Assembly (NCBI GenBank): GCA_965220965.1
Contig: OZ244852.1
Location: forward strand, 544,001 to 608,000
Direction of reading: 5' to 3'
DNA length: 64,000 nucleotides
From: Candidatus Marinacidobacterium sp.
GTDB taxonomy: Bacteria > Acidobacteriota > Vicinamibacteria > Marinacidobacterales > Marinacidobacteraceae
The translations under genes and the position numbers were made by a program. Shown here piece by piece: positions 49,847 through 60,512 of the stretch. Under the pieces are notes generated by a model that was not told the DNA's origin, searched no databases, and worked only from the letters and a program-made list of their open reading frames with translations. Position 1 is the first letter of the stretch; each line of letters opens with the position of its first letter.

Positions 49847-50785
49847 ATGGGAGCCGCGAGACGCTTCAAGGTCACCGTCGTCGGCGCCGGCAACGTGGGC
49901 GCCACCACCGCGCAGCGCCTGGCCGACGCCGAGCTCGCGGATGTCGTCCTGATCGACATCGTGGACGGGATCCCGCAGGGGAAGGGCCTCGACATGCTGG
50001 AGGCCTGCCCGGTGACCGGCAGCGACGTGTCCGTCATCGGGACCTGCGACTACGCCGACACCGCGGACTCCGACGTCGTCGTGATCACCGCCGGCCTGCC
50101 CCGGAAGGCGGGGATGAGCCGCGACGACCTGCTGCGCAAGAACCACCAGATCGTGAAGCAGGTGACGGAGGCCGCGGTCCGGGTCTCGCCGGAGGCGGTG
50201 CTCGTCGTCGTCTCGAACCCGCTCGATGCGATGGTCCAGACGGCGCTCCGCGCCAGCGGCTTTCCGAAGGAACGGGTCATCGGGATGGCCGGCATCCTCG
50301 ACTCGGCGCGCATGCGGGCGTTCATCGCCGCCGAGCTCGAGGTCTCGGTGGACAACGTGCACGCCTTCGTCCTCGGCGGGCACGGGGACGACATGGTGCC
50401 GCTGCCGCGCTATTCGACGGTCGCGGGCATCCCGCTCCCCGAAATGCTGGATGACGAGGCGCTCGCCCGGATCGTGGAGCGGACCCGGAAGGGGGGCGGG
50501 GAGATCGTCGCCTACCTGAAGACCGGCTCCGCCTACTACGCCCCCTCGGCCGCCATCGTCGAAATGGTGGACGCGATCCTGAAGGACAAGAAGAAGATCC
50601 TGCCCTGCGCCGCCTACCTCGAGGGCGAGTACGGGGTGGACGGGATCTACCTCGGCGTCCCGGTGAAGCTGGGCCGTGGCGGGGTCGAGCAGGTCGTCCA
50701 GATCCGACTCACCGCCGAGGAGCAGGCTGCGCTCGACCGTTCCGCGGCTTCCGTCCGCGAACTGATCGCGGTCATCGGAGTCTGA
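49847..50785 (+). CDS. mdh: Malate dehydrogenase (LDH-like)
   Basis: [35 protein letters not shown] and SAYYAP motifs. Confidence 0.96.
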   Translation: MGAARRFKVTVVGAGNVGATTAQRLADAELADVVLIDIVDGIPQGKGLDMLEACPVTGSDVSVIGTCDYADTADSDVVVITAGLPRKAGMSRDDLLRKNHQIVKQVTEAAVRVSPEAVLVVVSNPLDAMVQTALRASGFPKERVIGMAGILDSARMRAFIAAELEVSVDNVHAFVLGGHGDDMVPLPRYSTVAGIPLPEMLDDEALARIVERTRKGGGEIVAYLKTGSAYYAPSAAIVEMVDAILKDKKKILPCAAYLEGEYGVDGIYLGVPVKLGRGGVEQVVQIRLTAEEQAALDRSAASVRELIAVIGV

Positions 50786-50788
50786 GGC

Positions 50789-51952
50789 TTGAATCTCCAC
50801 GAGCACCAGGCGAAGGCGCTCCTCGCGGAGCACGGGGTTCCCGTTCCCCGGGGCGAGGCGGTATTCACGGTGGACGAAGCGCTGACCGCCGCCGAGGGGC
50901 TCGGCTATCCGGTCGTCGTGAAGGCCCAGATCCACGCCGGCGGGCGCGGCAAGGCGGGGGGCGTCCGGCTCGCCCGTGACGCCGACGCCGTCCGGGAGGC
51001 CGCCGAAGCGCTCCTCGGCCACACACTGGTCACGAAGCAGACCGGCCCCGAGGGCAGGGAAGTCCGCCGCCTGCTGATCGAGGAGGGCGTGGATATCGCC
51101 CAGGAGCTCTACGTGAGCTTCCTGGTGGACCGCTCCCGGGGCCGGCCGATCTGTATCGCGAGCGCCTCCGGCGGCATGGACATCGAGGAAGTCGCCGCCT
51201 CCACGCCGGAGAAGATCATCACCGTCGCGGTGGACCCGGCCGTCGGACTCCAGGCCTTCCAGGCGCGGCGGATCGCGTATGGCCTCGGTCTCCGAGGCAA
51301 GACGGCGGGCCGCGCCGCCGCCTTCCTCGGCGCGCTCTACCGCGCCTACGACGCTCTCGACGCCAGCCAGGTGGAGATCAATCCGATGCTGGTGACGGGT
51401 GACGGCGACGTGCTGGCGCTCGACGCCAAGGTGTCGGTGGACGACAGCGCGCTGTTCCGTCAGCCGAAAGTCGCGTCGCTGCGGGACACCCACGAGGAGT
51501 CGCCGCTCGAAGTCGAGGCGAGCCGCTTCTCGCTGAACTACATCAAGCTGGACGGTTCCGTGGGCTGCATGGTGAACGGCGCCGGGCTCGCGATGGCCAC
51601 CATGGACATCGTGAAGCTCGCGGGGGCGGAGCCGGCCAACTTCCTCGACGTTGGCGGGGGCGCCAACGCCGAACAGATCGAGAACGCCTTCCGGATCCTC
51701 TCGTCGGACCCCTCGGTCCGGGCGGTCCTGATCAACATCTTCGGCGGGATCCTCCGCTGCGATCGCCTCGCCGAAGGGCTGATCGCGGCGGTCCGGTCGC
51801 TGGGGGTGACGCTCCCGATCGTGATCCGCATGGAGGGGACGAACGTGGAGGTCGCGCGCAAGATGCTCGAGGAGTCCGGTCTCGACTTCACGACCGCCGC
51901 TTCCATGCAGGACGCCGCCGACAAGGTCGTCGCCCGGCTGGCGGCCGCCTGA
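50789..51952 (+). CDS. sucC: Succinyl-CoA synthetase beta subunit
   Basis: [34 protein letters not shown] and NIFGGI motifs; TTG start. Confidence 0.97.
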   Translation: MNLHEHQAKALLAEHGVPVPRGEAVFTVDEALTAAEGLGYPVVVKAQIHAGGRGKAGGVRLARDADAVREAAEALLGHTLVTKQTGPEGREVRRLLIEEGVDIAQELYVSFLVDRSRGRPICIASASGGMDIEEVAASTPEKIITVAVDPAVGLQAFQARRIAYGLGLRGKTAGRAAAFLGALYRAYDALDASQVEINPMLVTGDGDVLALDAKVSVDDSALFRQPKVASLRDTHEESPLEVEASRFSLNYIKLDGSVGCMVNGAGLAMATMDIVKLAGAEPANFLDVGGGANAEQIENAFRILSSDPSVRAVLINIFGGILRCDRLAEGLIAAVRSLGVTLPIVIRMEGTNVEVARKMLEESGLDFTTAASMQDAADKVVARLAAA

Positions 51953-51960
51953 GGGAACGC

Positions 51961-52836
51961 ATGGCCATTTTCGTCGGAGCGGACACCCGCATGGTCGTCC
52001 AGGGGATCACCGGCCGCGAGGGCGCGTTCCACGCCGCCGCCTGCCGCGACTACGGCACGAAGCTGGTCGCCGGCGTGACCCCGGGCAAGGGGGGCCAGGA
52101 AGCGGTCGGCGTCCCGATCTTCGACACCGTCGCCGAGGCGGTCGAGAAGGCGGGCGCGAACACTTCGTTCGTGGTCGTCCCGCCGCCGTTCGCGGCGGAT
52201 GCGATCGCCGAAGCGATGGACGCGGGCGTGGAGCTCGTCGTCGCGATCACCGAAGGAGTGCCCGCCCGCGACATGGTGCGGACGCTGCGGGCCGCGGAAG
52301 GCGGAAACTCGCGCCTCGTGGGGCCGAACTGTCCCGGCGTGATTTCGCCGGGCCGGGCCAAGGTGGGGATCATGCCCGGGTTCATCCACCGGGAGGGCCC
52401 CGTCGGGGTGGTTTCCCGGAGCGGCACGCTGACCTACGAGGCGGTCCACCAGCTCACCGCGCGCGGCATCGGGCAGAGCACCTGCATCGGGATCGGCGGG
52501 GATCCGGTCATCGGCACGACCTTCGTGGATGCGCTCGAGGCGTTCGCCCGGGACGACGAGACCGAGGCCGTGATCCTGATCGGCGAGATCGGCGGCAGCG
52601 CCGAGGAAGAGGCCGCCGACTTCATCCGCCGCGAGTTCAATAAGCCGGTGGTGGGGTTCATCGCCGGGCAGACGGCGCCGCCAGGCCGCCGGATGGGCCA
52701 CGCCGGCGCCATCGTGATGGGCGGGAAGGGGACGGCCGCCGACAAGATGGACGCGCTCCGCTCCGCCGGCTGCCGGGTGGTGGGAAGCCCCGCTGACCTC
52801 GGCGCCGCGATGGAAGCGGCGCGCAACGGCGGCTGA
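51961..52836 (+). CDS. sucD: Succinyl-CoA synthetase alpha subunit
   Basis: [20 protein letters not shown] and MGHAGA motifs. Confidence 0.97.
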   Translation: MAIFVGADTRMVVQGITGREGAFHAAACRDYGTKLVAGVTPGKGGQEAVGVPIFDTVAEAVEKAGANTSFVVVPPPFAADAIAEAMDAGVELVVAITEGVPARDMVRTLRAAEGGNSRLVGPNCPGVISPGRAKVGIMPGFIHREGPVGVVSRSGTLTYEAVHQLTARGIGQSTCIGIGGDPVIGTTFVDALEAFARDDETEAVILIGEIGGSAEEEAADFIRREFNKPVVGFIAGQTAPPGRRMGHAGAIVMGGKGTAADKMDALRSAGCRVVGSPADLGAAMEAARNGG

Positions 52837-52885
52837 GTCCGCGCGCAAGACACACCGCTCCGAAGAGGAGGAACAACGAGTTTCC

Positions 52886-53296
52886 ATGCGCACCCTGACG
52901 ATCGTGAAACCCGACGCGGTCGCCGCCGCCCAGGCCGGCCAGATCCTCGCCGACCTCGAGAGCCGCGGCTTCCGCATCCACGCGATGCGCATGGTTCGGC
53001 TCACGCTGAAGGAAGCGGAGGGCTTCTATGCGGTGCATCGCGGCCGACCCTTCTTCGCCGAGCTGACCGCGTTCATGTCCTCCGGGCCAGCGGTCGCCGC
53101 GGTCCTCGAGCGTGACGACGCGGTCGCCGGGCTCCGTGAAGCCATGGGCGCAACGAACCCGGCCGACGCCGACGAAGGGACGATCCGCGCCCGCTTCGGG
53201 TCCTCCATCGGACAGAACGCGATCCACGGGTCGGACTCGGAGGAGAACGCGGCGATCGAGATCGCCTACTTCTTCCCCGGCGTCGAGCTCGTCTGA
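52886..53296 (+). CDS. ndk: Nucleoside diphosphate kinase
   Basis: IVKPDA, FY..H...PFF, GTIR and NAIHGSDS motifs. Confidence 0.97.
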   Translation: MRTLTIVKPDAVAAAQAGQILADLESRGFRIHAMRMVRLTLKEAEGFYAVHRGRPFFAELTAFMSSGPAVAAVLERDDAVAGLREAMGATNPADADEGTIRARFGSSIGQNAIHGSDSEENAAIEIAYFFPGVELV

Positions 53297-53327
53297 GGAC
53301 GCGAGGGCCGGAAGCCGAAGTCAGGTC

Positions 53328-53900
53328 ATGCCGAGCATCAAGCCGGACCACTGGATCCGGCGGATGGCCAACGAGCACCGGATGATCGATCCGTTCGTGG
53401 ATCACCAGGTCGGGGAGGGGGTCATCTCCTACGGACTGTCGGCCTACGGCTACGACATCCGCGTCTCCGACGAGTTCAAGATCTTCACGAACGTCCACAC
53501 CGCGATCGTGGACCCGAAGAACTTCGACGAGCGCGGCTTCGTGGACTACAAGGGCGAGGTCTGCGTCATCCCGCCGAACTCGTTCGCGCTCTCCAACACC
53601 ATCGAGAACTTTCGCATTCCCCGGAACGTCTACGCCGTCTGTATCGGGAAGTCCACCTACGCCCGTTGCGGCATCATCATCAACGTGACCGGCTTCGACG
53701 CGGAGTGGGAAGGCAACGCCACGCTCGAGATCTCGAACACCACCCCGCTGCCGTGCCGCATCTACGCGGGGGAGGGGATCGCCCAGGTCCTCTTCTTCGA
53801 GAGCGACGGCGAGTGCGAGATCAGCTACCGCGACAAGAAGGGCAAGTACCAGGGGCAGGAGCGGATCACCCTCCCCACCATCGGACGCGGCCAGCGCTGA
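53328..53900 (+). CDS. dcd: dCTP deaminase
   Basis: [40 protein letters not shown] and Y..K.GKYQ motifs. Confidence 0.95.
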   Translation: MPSIKPDHWIRRMANEHRMIDPFVDHQVGEGVISYGLSAYGYDIRVSDEFKIFTNVHTAIVDPKNFDERGFVDYKGEVCVIPPNSFALSNTIENFRIPRNVYAVCIGKSTYARCGIIINVTGFDAEWEGNATLEISNTTPLPCRIYAGEGIAQVLFFESDGECEISYRDKKGKYQGQERITLPTIGRGQR

Positions 53901-53922
53901 ATCCGGGACGGCCGCAGACCGG

Positions 53923-54435
53923 ATGGAGCTGATCGCCGGTTCCGAACTTCGGCGGCGCCTCGAAGAGAACCCTCCGCTCCTTTCGGGACTTCTGGACCCC
54001 GACACCCAGGTCCAGATGAACGGGGTCGACCTGACGCTCGCCGATGTGGCGCGTTTCGAGGATGGCGCGCCCGGCCGGGTGGACTTCGACAACTCCACCC
54101 GCCGCATCCCCGACTCCGCGTCGCTCCCGCGCGATCCGGACGACGTCTGGCGCCTCGCTCCCGGCGCCTACTGGGTGCGCTACCACGAGGTCGTGAACAT
54201 CCCCGCCGATGTTTTCGCCATCGGGAGGACCCGCTCCTCGCTTCTCCGGAGCGGCGCGCAGATCGGCACCGCGCTGTGGGACTCGGGCTACTCCGGGAGG
54301 AGCGGCTCGCTGCTCACCGTCCACCATCCGGGCGGGCTCCATCTGGCGCTGCGCGCCCGCGTCCTCCAGCTCGTCTTCTTCCACCTGAGCCAGCCCGCCG
54401 AAGCCACCTACCAGGGCGCCTACCAGAACGAATGA
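53923..54435 (+). CDS. Trimeric dUTPase, archaeal/Dcd-like type
   Basis: Q.NGVDLTL, RSSLLRSG, WDSGYSG, QLVF and YQGAYQ motifs. Confidence 0.8.
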   Translation: MELIAGSELRRRLEENPPLLSGLLDPDTQVQMNGVDLTLADVARFEDGAPGRVDFDNSTRRIPDSASLPRDPDDVWRLAPGAYWVRYHEVVNIPADVFAIGRTRSSLLRSGAQIGTALWDSGYSGRSGSLLTVHHPGGLHLALRARVLQLVFFHLSQPAEATYQGAYQNE

Positions 54436-56717
54436 GCCGAGTGACCCTTCGCGTCACGCTCTGCGCCCTCCTGGGCGCGCCCGCGGCTCTCGCCGCGCAG
54501 CCCGCTGCGGGCGGGGCGGCGCCCCCCGGCGCGCGGGCCTCCGCAACCGTCGAACCCCCCGTCATCGATGGTCGGCTCGCCGATGAGGTCTGGTCGGCCT
54601 CCGAGCCCCTCGCCGGATTCACCCAGCGCGAGCCCTCCGACGGCTCGCCGGTCTCCCAGTCGACACAAGTGCGCGTTCTCTACGACGACGTGGCCCTCTA
54701 CATCGGCGCGTGGCTCCTGGACGACGACCCGGCGGGCATCGTCTTCGGCCAGACGCTGCGCGACGCCTCGCTCAACGACGCGGATGCGTTCGTCGTGGTG
54801 CTCGACACCTACCTCGACCGTCAGAACGGTTTCGTCTTTGGAACGACGCCAGCGGGGATCGAGTACGACGGCCAGGTCATCGGCGAGGGTGTGGGCGGCG
54901 GGCCCGGCGGCGGTCGCCAGCAGCGGGGCTCGGGCGGCGGGTTCAACCTGAACTGGGACGGCTCGTGGGACGTCGCCACGACCCGGGACGAGCGGGGCTG
55001 GTACGTCGAGATGCGGATTCCCTTCTCGACGCTCCGCTACGGGGTCGGGGGGCCGCAGACCTGGGGGCTCAACTTCGAGCGCAGGATCCGGCGCAACAGC
55101 GAGCAGTCGATGTGGGCGCCGATTCCCAGGCAGTTCGGCGTCTACCGCGTTTCGCTCGCGGGGACCCTCGAGCTCGAGGCGCCCGCGAACCGGACGGTCA
55201 CGGTCAGCCCCTACGTGCTCGGGGACGCGTTCAAGGACTACCAGGTCCTTGCGCCGGGCGTGGACTTCGGCGGCAAGGTCGGGGGCGACGCCAAGATCGG
55301 CATCAACCAGAGCCTGACGCTCGACCTCACCGTGAACACCGACTTCGCGCAGGCGGAGGTGGACGACCAGCAGGTGAACCTCACCCGGTTCAGCCTCTTC
55401 TTCCCCGAGAAGCGCGCCTTCTTCCTCGAGAACGCCGGCGCCTTCGCCGTGGGCGCGCCCCGCTCCGCCGAACTCTTCTTCAGCCGCCGCATCGGGCTCT
55501 CCGGCGGCCGCGAAGTGCCGATCCAGGCCGGCGCCCGGTTGACGGGCAAGGTCGGCGCCTTCCAGATCGGAGTGCTGAACATCCAGACCGGCGAGGCCTT
55601 TGACGTCGACGCCGACACCGGAGTTCGCGACCAGGTCGCTCCGAACAACAACTTCGGTGTCCTGCGGGCGTACCGGGAGTTCGGCAACCGGTCCCAGCTC
55701 GGGGCCATCTTCGTGTCCCGGGTCAACACGACCGACACGCAGGACCACAACCTCACCTGGGGCGTCGACGGCCGGCTCGGTATCGGGGAGGCGCTCACGC
55801 TGGACGGCTGGGCGGGCCTCACCACGACCCCGGTCGCGGCCGACGAGCAGGCGACGGGGTCGGGGTTCAACGACGGGGAATACGGGTTCGCCGGCGGGAT
55901 GCGCTACGTCACGCGCGACTGGCAGGTCTTCTCGGGCTACCGGCAGATCGGCGAGGCCTTCAATCCGGAGGTCGGGTTCGTCAACCGCCTCGGCTACCGC
56001 CAGGTCAACTGGCGCTTTCTACGGCACGTGCGCACCGAGAGCGTCCCGTGGTTCCGCGAGTTCCGCCCCCACATCTCCGGCAACGCCTTCTGGACGCTGG
56101 GGGGCTTCAACGAGTCCTACCTCCTCCACATCGACAACCACTTCGCCTTCGAGAACGGCGCCTTCTTCCAGCTTCCGGGTTTCAACTTCACCGGTGAGGG
56201 GCTCGAGGAGCCGTTTGCGATCCGCGACGACATCGTGATCCCGGCCGGGACGTACCACAACACCGAGTGGGAGTTCCGGGCGAACACGAATCGCGGCGCC
56301 GCGCTCTCGGCGTCCGCCGGCTGGACGCTCGGCGGCTTCTACAGCGGGACGCGCTTCGGCCCGAATCTGACGGTCTCGTACCGTCACGGCGACGCGCTGT
56401 TCGCGAGCGTCCGCGCCGACTACTACGACGTCCGCCTCGCAGAGGGCGAGTTCAGGACGGCGGTCGTGCGTCTCAACGCCTCCTACGCGTTCACTCCCCG
56501 CGTCTACGTCCAGACGAACGTTCAGTACAACGGCGACACGAGGGACCTCGGGACCAACATCCGGATCGGCTGGCTCGACACCGCCGGCACCGGGCTCTTC
56601 CTCGTCTGGAACGACACGAACCACACCGGCTCGCTCGAGCGGACCGGAATCATCGGTGGCCCGAAGCAGCGGCAACTCGTCGTGAAGTACAGCCGCCTGT
56701 TCAACCGGAGGGGGTAG
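54432..56717 (+). CDS. DUF5916 / CBM9-like sugar-binding domain outer-membrane protein
   Basis: Signal peptide, PVIDGRL, VLYD...LYIG, W..EMRIPFSTLRY, NTDFAQAEVD...NLTRF.LFFPEKR.FFLE; beta-rich C-terminus. Confidence 0.85.
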   Translation: MSRVTLRVTLCALLGAPAALAAQPAAGGAAPPGARASATVEPPVIDGRLADEVWSASEPLAGFTQREPSDGSPVSQSTQVRVLYDDVALYIGAWLLDDDPAGIVFGQTLRDASLNDADAFVVVLDTYLDRQNGFVFGTTPAGIEYDGQVIGEGVGGGPGGGRQQRGSGGGFNLNWDGSWDVATTRDERGWYVEMRIPFSTLRYGVGGPQTWGLNFERRIRRNSEQSMWAPIPRQFGVYRVSLAGTLELEAPANRTVTVSPYVLGDAFKDYQVLAPGVDFGGKVGGDAKIGINQSLTLDLTVNTDFAQAEVDDQQVNLTRFSLFFPEKRAFFLENAGAFAVGAPRSAELFFSRRIGLSGGREVPIQAGARLTGKVGAFQIGVLNIQTGEAFDVDADTGVRDQVAPNNNFGVLRAYREFGNRSQLGAIFVSRVNTTDTQDHNLTWGVDGRLGIGEALTLDGWAGLTTTPVAADEQATGSGFNDGEYGFAGGMRYVTRDWQVFSGYRQIGEAFNPEVGFVNRLGYRQVNWRFLRHVRTESVPWFREFRPHISGNAFWTLGGFNESYLLHIDNHFAFENGAFFQLPGFNFTGEGLEEPFAIRDDIVIPAGTYHNTEWEFRANTNRGAALSASAGWTLGGFYSGTRFGPNLTVSYRHGDALFASVRADYYDVRLAEGEFRTAVVRLNASYAFTPRVYVQTNVQYNGDTRDLGTNIRIGWLDTAGTGLFLVWNDTNHTGSLERTGIIGGPKQRQLVVKYSRLFNRRG

Positions 56718-56950
56718 GAGCGGGACCCGTTGACGGCTGGGCGGTGGCCAGATCGGCCGCCAACCCACCGCGTCCCGGGCTCCCCTCCCTCTCTCCTGAG
56801 CCCTCCCGCCGAAGCCATCCACGAGCGCGCCTGCCTGGGGCGCCTTCAGCAGGATAAGACGCTGACCGGCGGTCGCGTGGGCCGCACTCCGGCCCGCGCA
56901 TGGTCGTCCGGGGCCGCTTCCGCGGTCGCGTCCGGCGCCGCAAGTCCGTG

Positions 56951-56995
56951 TAGCCTGACGATGTCAGGCGTCTGTGCAGATCACCTGACTTCAGG
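56951..56995 (+). promoter_or_regulatory. Palindromic operator pair overlapping the -10 of the XRE regulator
   Basis: TAGCCT at 56951-56956, GCCTGAC-gat-GTCAGGC (56953-56969) and CCTGA-ct-TCAGG (56984-56995) immediately before the ATG. Confidence 0.55.
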
Positions 56996-57547
56996 ATGCT
57001 CTCGAACGCGGAAATCGGCAGGCGACTCCGGACGATCCGGAAGTCGCGGGGGCTGCGCCGGAGCGACGCCGCCCGGGAGAGTGGCGTCGCGCGAGCGACG
57101 CTGGTGGCCATCGAGCAGGGCCGGCGGCGCGTCCGAACCGACGAGATCCAGCGGCTGGCGCGGCTCTACGGGACGTCGGTCAACGGCGTGCTTCGCTCTG
57201 AGGCCGTCCATCTCGACCTTGTTTCGTCGTTCCGGAAGCTTCTGCGCGGCTCGGAGCGGAGAAGCGACAGAGCCGCGCAGCGCATGAATCGGCTGGTCTG
57301 CGCCCAGGTCGAGCTCGAGAACGTTCTGGGGGTTCAGCGGCAAGAAAATCCTCCTCCTGAGCACCCCATCCTGCCGGGCGATCTCGTCGCCCTGGCCAGG
57401 GAGGCCTGGAAGCGGGATCTCTACAGCGAGGGCCAGCTCGCCGATCTGCTGGATCTCGACCGGTTGACGATCCGCGAGGTTCTCGAAGGCGCGCAGGAGG
57501 AAGAAGCCGAAGCTGTTGACCGCGAGGGTCTTGTCGCTCCCTCATGA
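56996..57547 (+). CDS. XRE-family HTH regulator, apparently an ImmA/IrrE-type protein lacking its peptidase domain
   Basis: IGRRLR...ARATLVAIEQGRRRV...LARLYG HTH; C-terminal LYSEGQLADLLDLDR; no HExxH. Confidence 0.75.
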   Translation: MLSNAEIGRRLRTIRKSRGLRRSDAARESGVARATLVAIEQGRRRVRTDEIQRLARLYGTSVNGVLRSEAVHLDLVSSFRKLLRGSERRSDRAAQRMNRLVCAQVELENVLGVQRQENPPPEHPILPGDLVALAREAWKRDLYSEGQLADLLDLDRLTIREVLEGAQEEEAEAVDREGLVAPS

Positions 57548-57604
57548 GGGGCTACGGCCGGCGCCGGGGAGCTGACTACGCTCTGGTGACCGCCGTTCCT
57601 CGTC

Positions 57605-58780
57605 TCATTCCGAGAGACGCGGGAGCCGGGTCCAGACGCCGCAGTTCGCGGTCGACCGGAAGCCGGCGTCCGACTGCTGGATTGTCACGGTGATCCGGGC
57701 GTCCTGCTCCAGGAAGGCGTCTTCCAGGATGTCCGCCGGCGTTCCTCCGAATCCGCTCAGGCGAGCCCAGTAACAGGACTCGCCGGCGGTCGCCTGCCAG
57801 GTTCCGGGCGTCACCTGCTCCCCGACGAGCCAGGCGCCGGGGCCCACTTCCGCCGGGGGGCCCTGGGCCGGCGTGATCTCCCAGACGCCGCACTCGGCGG
57901 TGGAGCGGAAGACGCCGTCGGTGGGCTCGATGTCGACGATCTCCTGCGCGACATCGGCGCCGTGGTACCCCTCGGCGATCAGGGTCCGGTCCGGCTCCGA
58001 AACCGCCGCCCGTCTGGCGCCGACCGCGAGCGCGACGCCCGAGCGCCGCTGCCACGAGCAGTCCGCAGCCGGGTCGGTGAAGTAGCGGCCCGGGACGATC
58101 TCGTCGCCGACGAGCCACTGGCCCTCGCCGAACGAGTTCCGCAGTTCGGCTTCGCCCAGCCGGAAGTCCAGCGAGTCGTCGGGGCCGGTCACGGTTCGGG
58201 TCAGCTCCGCGTAGCCGGTCTTCTGCGCCGCGATCGTGGTCTCTCCGATGAGCCCGGCGAGGCGGAACGCTCCGTCCTCCCGCGACTCGGTCGCCGCTCC
58301 GGCGCTCGGGCCGTCGAGCGCGACGATGCGGACTCCGGACACCGGCTGGGTGTTCGGGTTCAGGACCCGGCCCGAGACGGCGTAGAGGATGTCCGTCCCC
58401 ACGGTGATGTCCGCTTCGGCGCGGACCGCATCGATCGCCGCGGTGATGCGGGCCACGCCGCTGGACCGCGCGGTCACGAGCCCCTCGGAGTCGATCTCCG
58501 CCACCTGCGGGGCGGCGGAACTCCACACCGGATGAGCCTGTCCCGAGGTTCCGTCGCTGAACGTCACCTGCGCGGTGAGCTGGGCGGTCGCGCCGACGGC
58601 GAGCGGCCCGTCGGGAAGGTCGCGGATCTCGAGGGCCGTCGGGACCGGCTCGGGGGAGGGCGGGGGCGTCACCGTCGTGGGCCCCGGGTCTCCGCCGCAG
58701 CCAATGGCTATCGCCCCGGCCGCCAGCGCAGAGAAGAGTCCGGATCTCCGTCGCCGAACGTCGTGTTGACCGCCTCGCAT
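57605..58780 (-). CDS. Lipoprotein with Ig-like (Big_2), carboxypeptidase-regulatory-like and two Cys-paired repeat domains
   Basis: AIAIGC lipobox, Pro linker, WSS...VA.ID..GLVTA, repeats PGRY..CSWQR...FRSTAECGVW and PGTW..CYWARLSGF...FRSTANCGVW. Confidence 0.75.
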   Translation of the reverse strand: MRGGQHDVRRRRSGLFSALAAGAIAIGCGGDPGPTTVTPPPSPEPVPTALEIRDLPDGPLAVGATAQLTAQVTFSDGTSGQAHPVWSSAAPQVAEIDSEGLVTARSSGVARITAAIDAVRAEADITVGTDILYAVSGRVLNPNTQPVSGVRIVALDGPSAGAATESREDGAFRLAGLIGETTIAAQKTGYAELTRTVTGPDDSLDFRLGEAELRNSFGEGQWLVGDEIVPGRYFTDPAADCSWQRRSGVALAVGARRAAVSEPDRTLIAEGYHGADVAQEIVDIEPTDGVFRSTAECGVWEITPAQGPPAEVGPGAWLVGEQVTPGTWQATAGESCYWARLSGFGGTPADILEDAFLEQDARITVTIQQSDAGFRSTANCGVWTRLPRLSE

Positions 58781-58851
58781 CGTGTCTCCCCCAGTGTCGT
58801 GGCCCTTGCCGGACCTGTTGTCGCCCCGGAGCCCCCACCCCCCGGCCAGGC

Positions 58852-59778
58852 TCAGAGCAGCCGGAACTCCACCTCGATTTCGGCGAGCACGTCCACCGCC
58901 TCGCCCCGGAAGGATCCCGGAACGAAGAGCCAGTCGCGCACCGCGGCGATGGCCTTGGCGTCGAGGCCGTCGTCGAGGCTGCGGATCACCCGGGCGGGTC
59001 CCACCCGGCCGCTCTTCAGGATGACGACCTCGAGGATCACGACCCCCTCGATCTTCCGGGCGAGCGCGTCGTCGGTGTATTCCGGGGTGACCCGGCGCCG
59101 GAGCTGCGGGGGCTCGACGCCGCTGCCGATCCGGTAGGCCCCGCCGCCGAAGCCGCCTCCGAAACCCTCGCCGATCCCGTCGCCGTCGCCCTCACCGATC
59201 CCTCCGCCCTGGCCGGTTCCGGCGCCGCCCTGGCGCCCCGGTCCGGCGACCAGGCTGGAAGCGTCCCGGAGGAGCCCGGCGAGCGAGTCGGCGTCGGGCA
59301 TCATCGTCGCGAACGGGGCTCGCACCGCGTCTTCGAGGATCTCTTCATCGACCTCGATGGCCTCGGGATCCTCGAAGACCAGATCGGGAGGCTCCGGGGC
59401 GGTCGCGACCGCGGCCAGAACCGGATCCGGTCCCTCGAGCTGGTTCTCGGCGGGATCTTCGGGGGTCTCGTCCCCGCCGCCTCCACCGCCGCCGCCGGGT
59501 CCCTCCTCGACCAGGAAAACCAGCCCCGGCAGGTCGAACGGGTCGTCGTCGGTGATCTCCTCGGCGGTGAAGACGCCGAGCACGATCAGCAGGAAGAGGC
59601 CGCCGTGCGCGGCGGTCGCCGACAGCAACCCGCGGCGTCCGGTGTTGAGCCCGGCGCCCAGGTGGTCCAGCGGGAGTCCGGTGATCGGGCTGATCTCCGG
59701 CGGCGCCGGCGCGAACGCCCGGCGCACGGCTTCCACGACACGGAGCAGCGGCGACTTCGCGCGGGCCTTCGGTGGCAT
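58852..59778 (-). CDS. Energy transducer TonB family protein
   Basis: TM segment with S/A-xxx-H, Gly/Pro-rich linker, C-terminal PEYT..A...IEGVV.LEVVI...G.V, W.F.P motif. Confidence 0.9.
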   Translation of the reverse strand: MPPKARAKSPLLRVVEAVRRAFAPAPPEISPITGLPLDHLGAGLNTGRRGLLSATAAHGGLFLLIVLGVFTAEEITDDDPFDLPGLVFLVEEGPGGGGGGGGDETPEDPAENQLEGPDPVLAAVATAPEPPDLVFEDPEAIEVDEEILEDAVRAPFATMMPDADSLAGLLRDASSLVAGPGRQGGAGTGQGGGIGEGDGDGIGEGFGGGFGGGAYRIGSGVEPPQLRRRVTPEYTDDALARKIEGVVILEVVILKSGRVGPARVIRSLDDGLDAKAIAAVRDWLFVPGSFRGEAVDVLAEIEVEFRLL

Positions 59779-59966
59779 TGTGGGGAGGCCGGGGTGGGCG
59801 AACCCGGTTCCGCATTGTAGCGATCAGCCGGGCCGCCGATTCCGGCCCGCGTGGTACGCTGGCCGCCGGCTTGCAGCCGGGCGACGCGCTCCCGGTTCCG
59901 CTGCGATTTCCGCCCGCAGTACTGGAACCCCGCTGCCCACCACGCTTCACGACCCCGCGTCACCCC

Positions 59967-60512
59967 ATGATCCTGCCCTTCGGCGGCCACGCGCCCGTCG
60001 TCCCCGCTTCGGCCTTCGTCGCCCCCGGCGCCGACCTGATCGGCCAGGTCGTTCTCGGCGAGGACGCCTCCGTCTGGTTTGGCGCGGTGCTGCGGGGGGA
60101 TGTGAACTCGATCACGGTCGGACGCCGCACGAACATCCAGGACGGGACGGTCGTCCATGCCAACCCCGGGGAGCAGCGGACGGTCATCGGCGATGAGGTC
60201 ACGATCGGGCACGCCGCGATCGTCCACGCCTGCACCGTGGGCCGCCGCGCCCTGATCGGCATGGGGTCCGTGGTGCTCGACGACGCCCGGGTCGGAGACG
60301 AGGTCATGGTGGCCGCCGGCGCGGTCGTGCCTCCCGGGCTCGAGGTTCCGCCGCGCGTTCTCGTCCGGGGAGTGCCCGGGCGGGTGGCGCGGCCGCTGAC
60401 CGACGGGGAAATCGCCCATCTGGCGCGCTCGGCGCAGAACTACGTTGAGCTCAAGGACCGCTATCTCGCCGCCGAAGCGGATCGCGGCGGAACGGCCCCG
60501 GAGGCCGGGTGA
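59967..60512 (+). CDS. Gamma carbonic anhydrase family hexapeptide-repeat protein
   Basis: SVWFGAVLRGD, TNIQDGTVVH and VTIGH..IVHAC (three Zn-ligand His). Confidence 0.93.
   Translation: MILPFGGHAPVVPASAFVAPGADLIGQVVLGEDASVWFGAVLRGDVNSITVGRRTNIQDGTVVHANPGEQRTVIGDEVTIGHAAIVHACTVGRRALIGMGSVVLDDARVGDEVMVAAGAVVPPGLEVPPRVLVRGVPGRVARPLTDGEIAHLARSAQNYVELKDRYLAAEADRGGTAPEAG

Noticed and set aside
56718-56800. GC-rich imperfect hairpin after the DUF5916 gene as a possible ncRNA
   Set aside because: Imperfect, and adequately explained as a terminator-like structure or chance pairing.
59130-59500. Gly-rich GGC/GGA repeats
   Set aside because: Ordinary low-complexity linker within the TonB protein.
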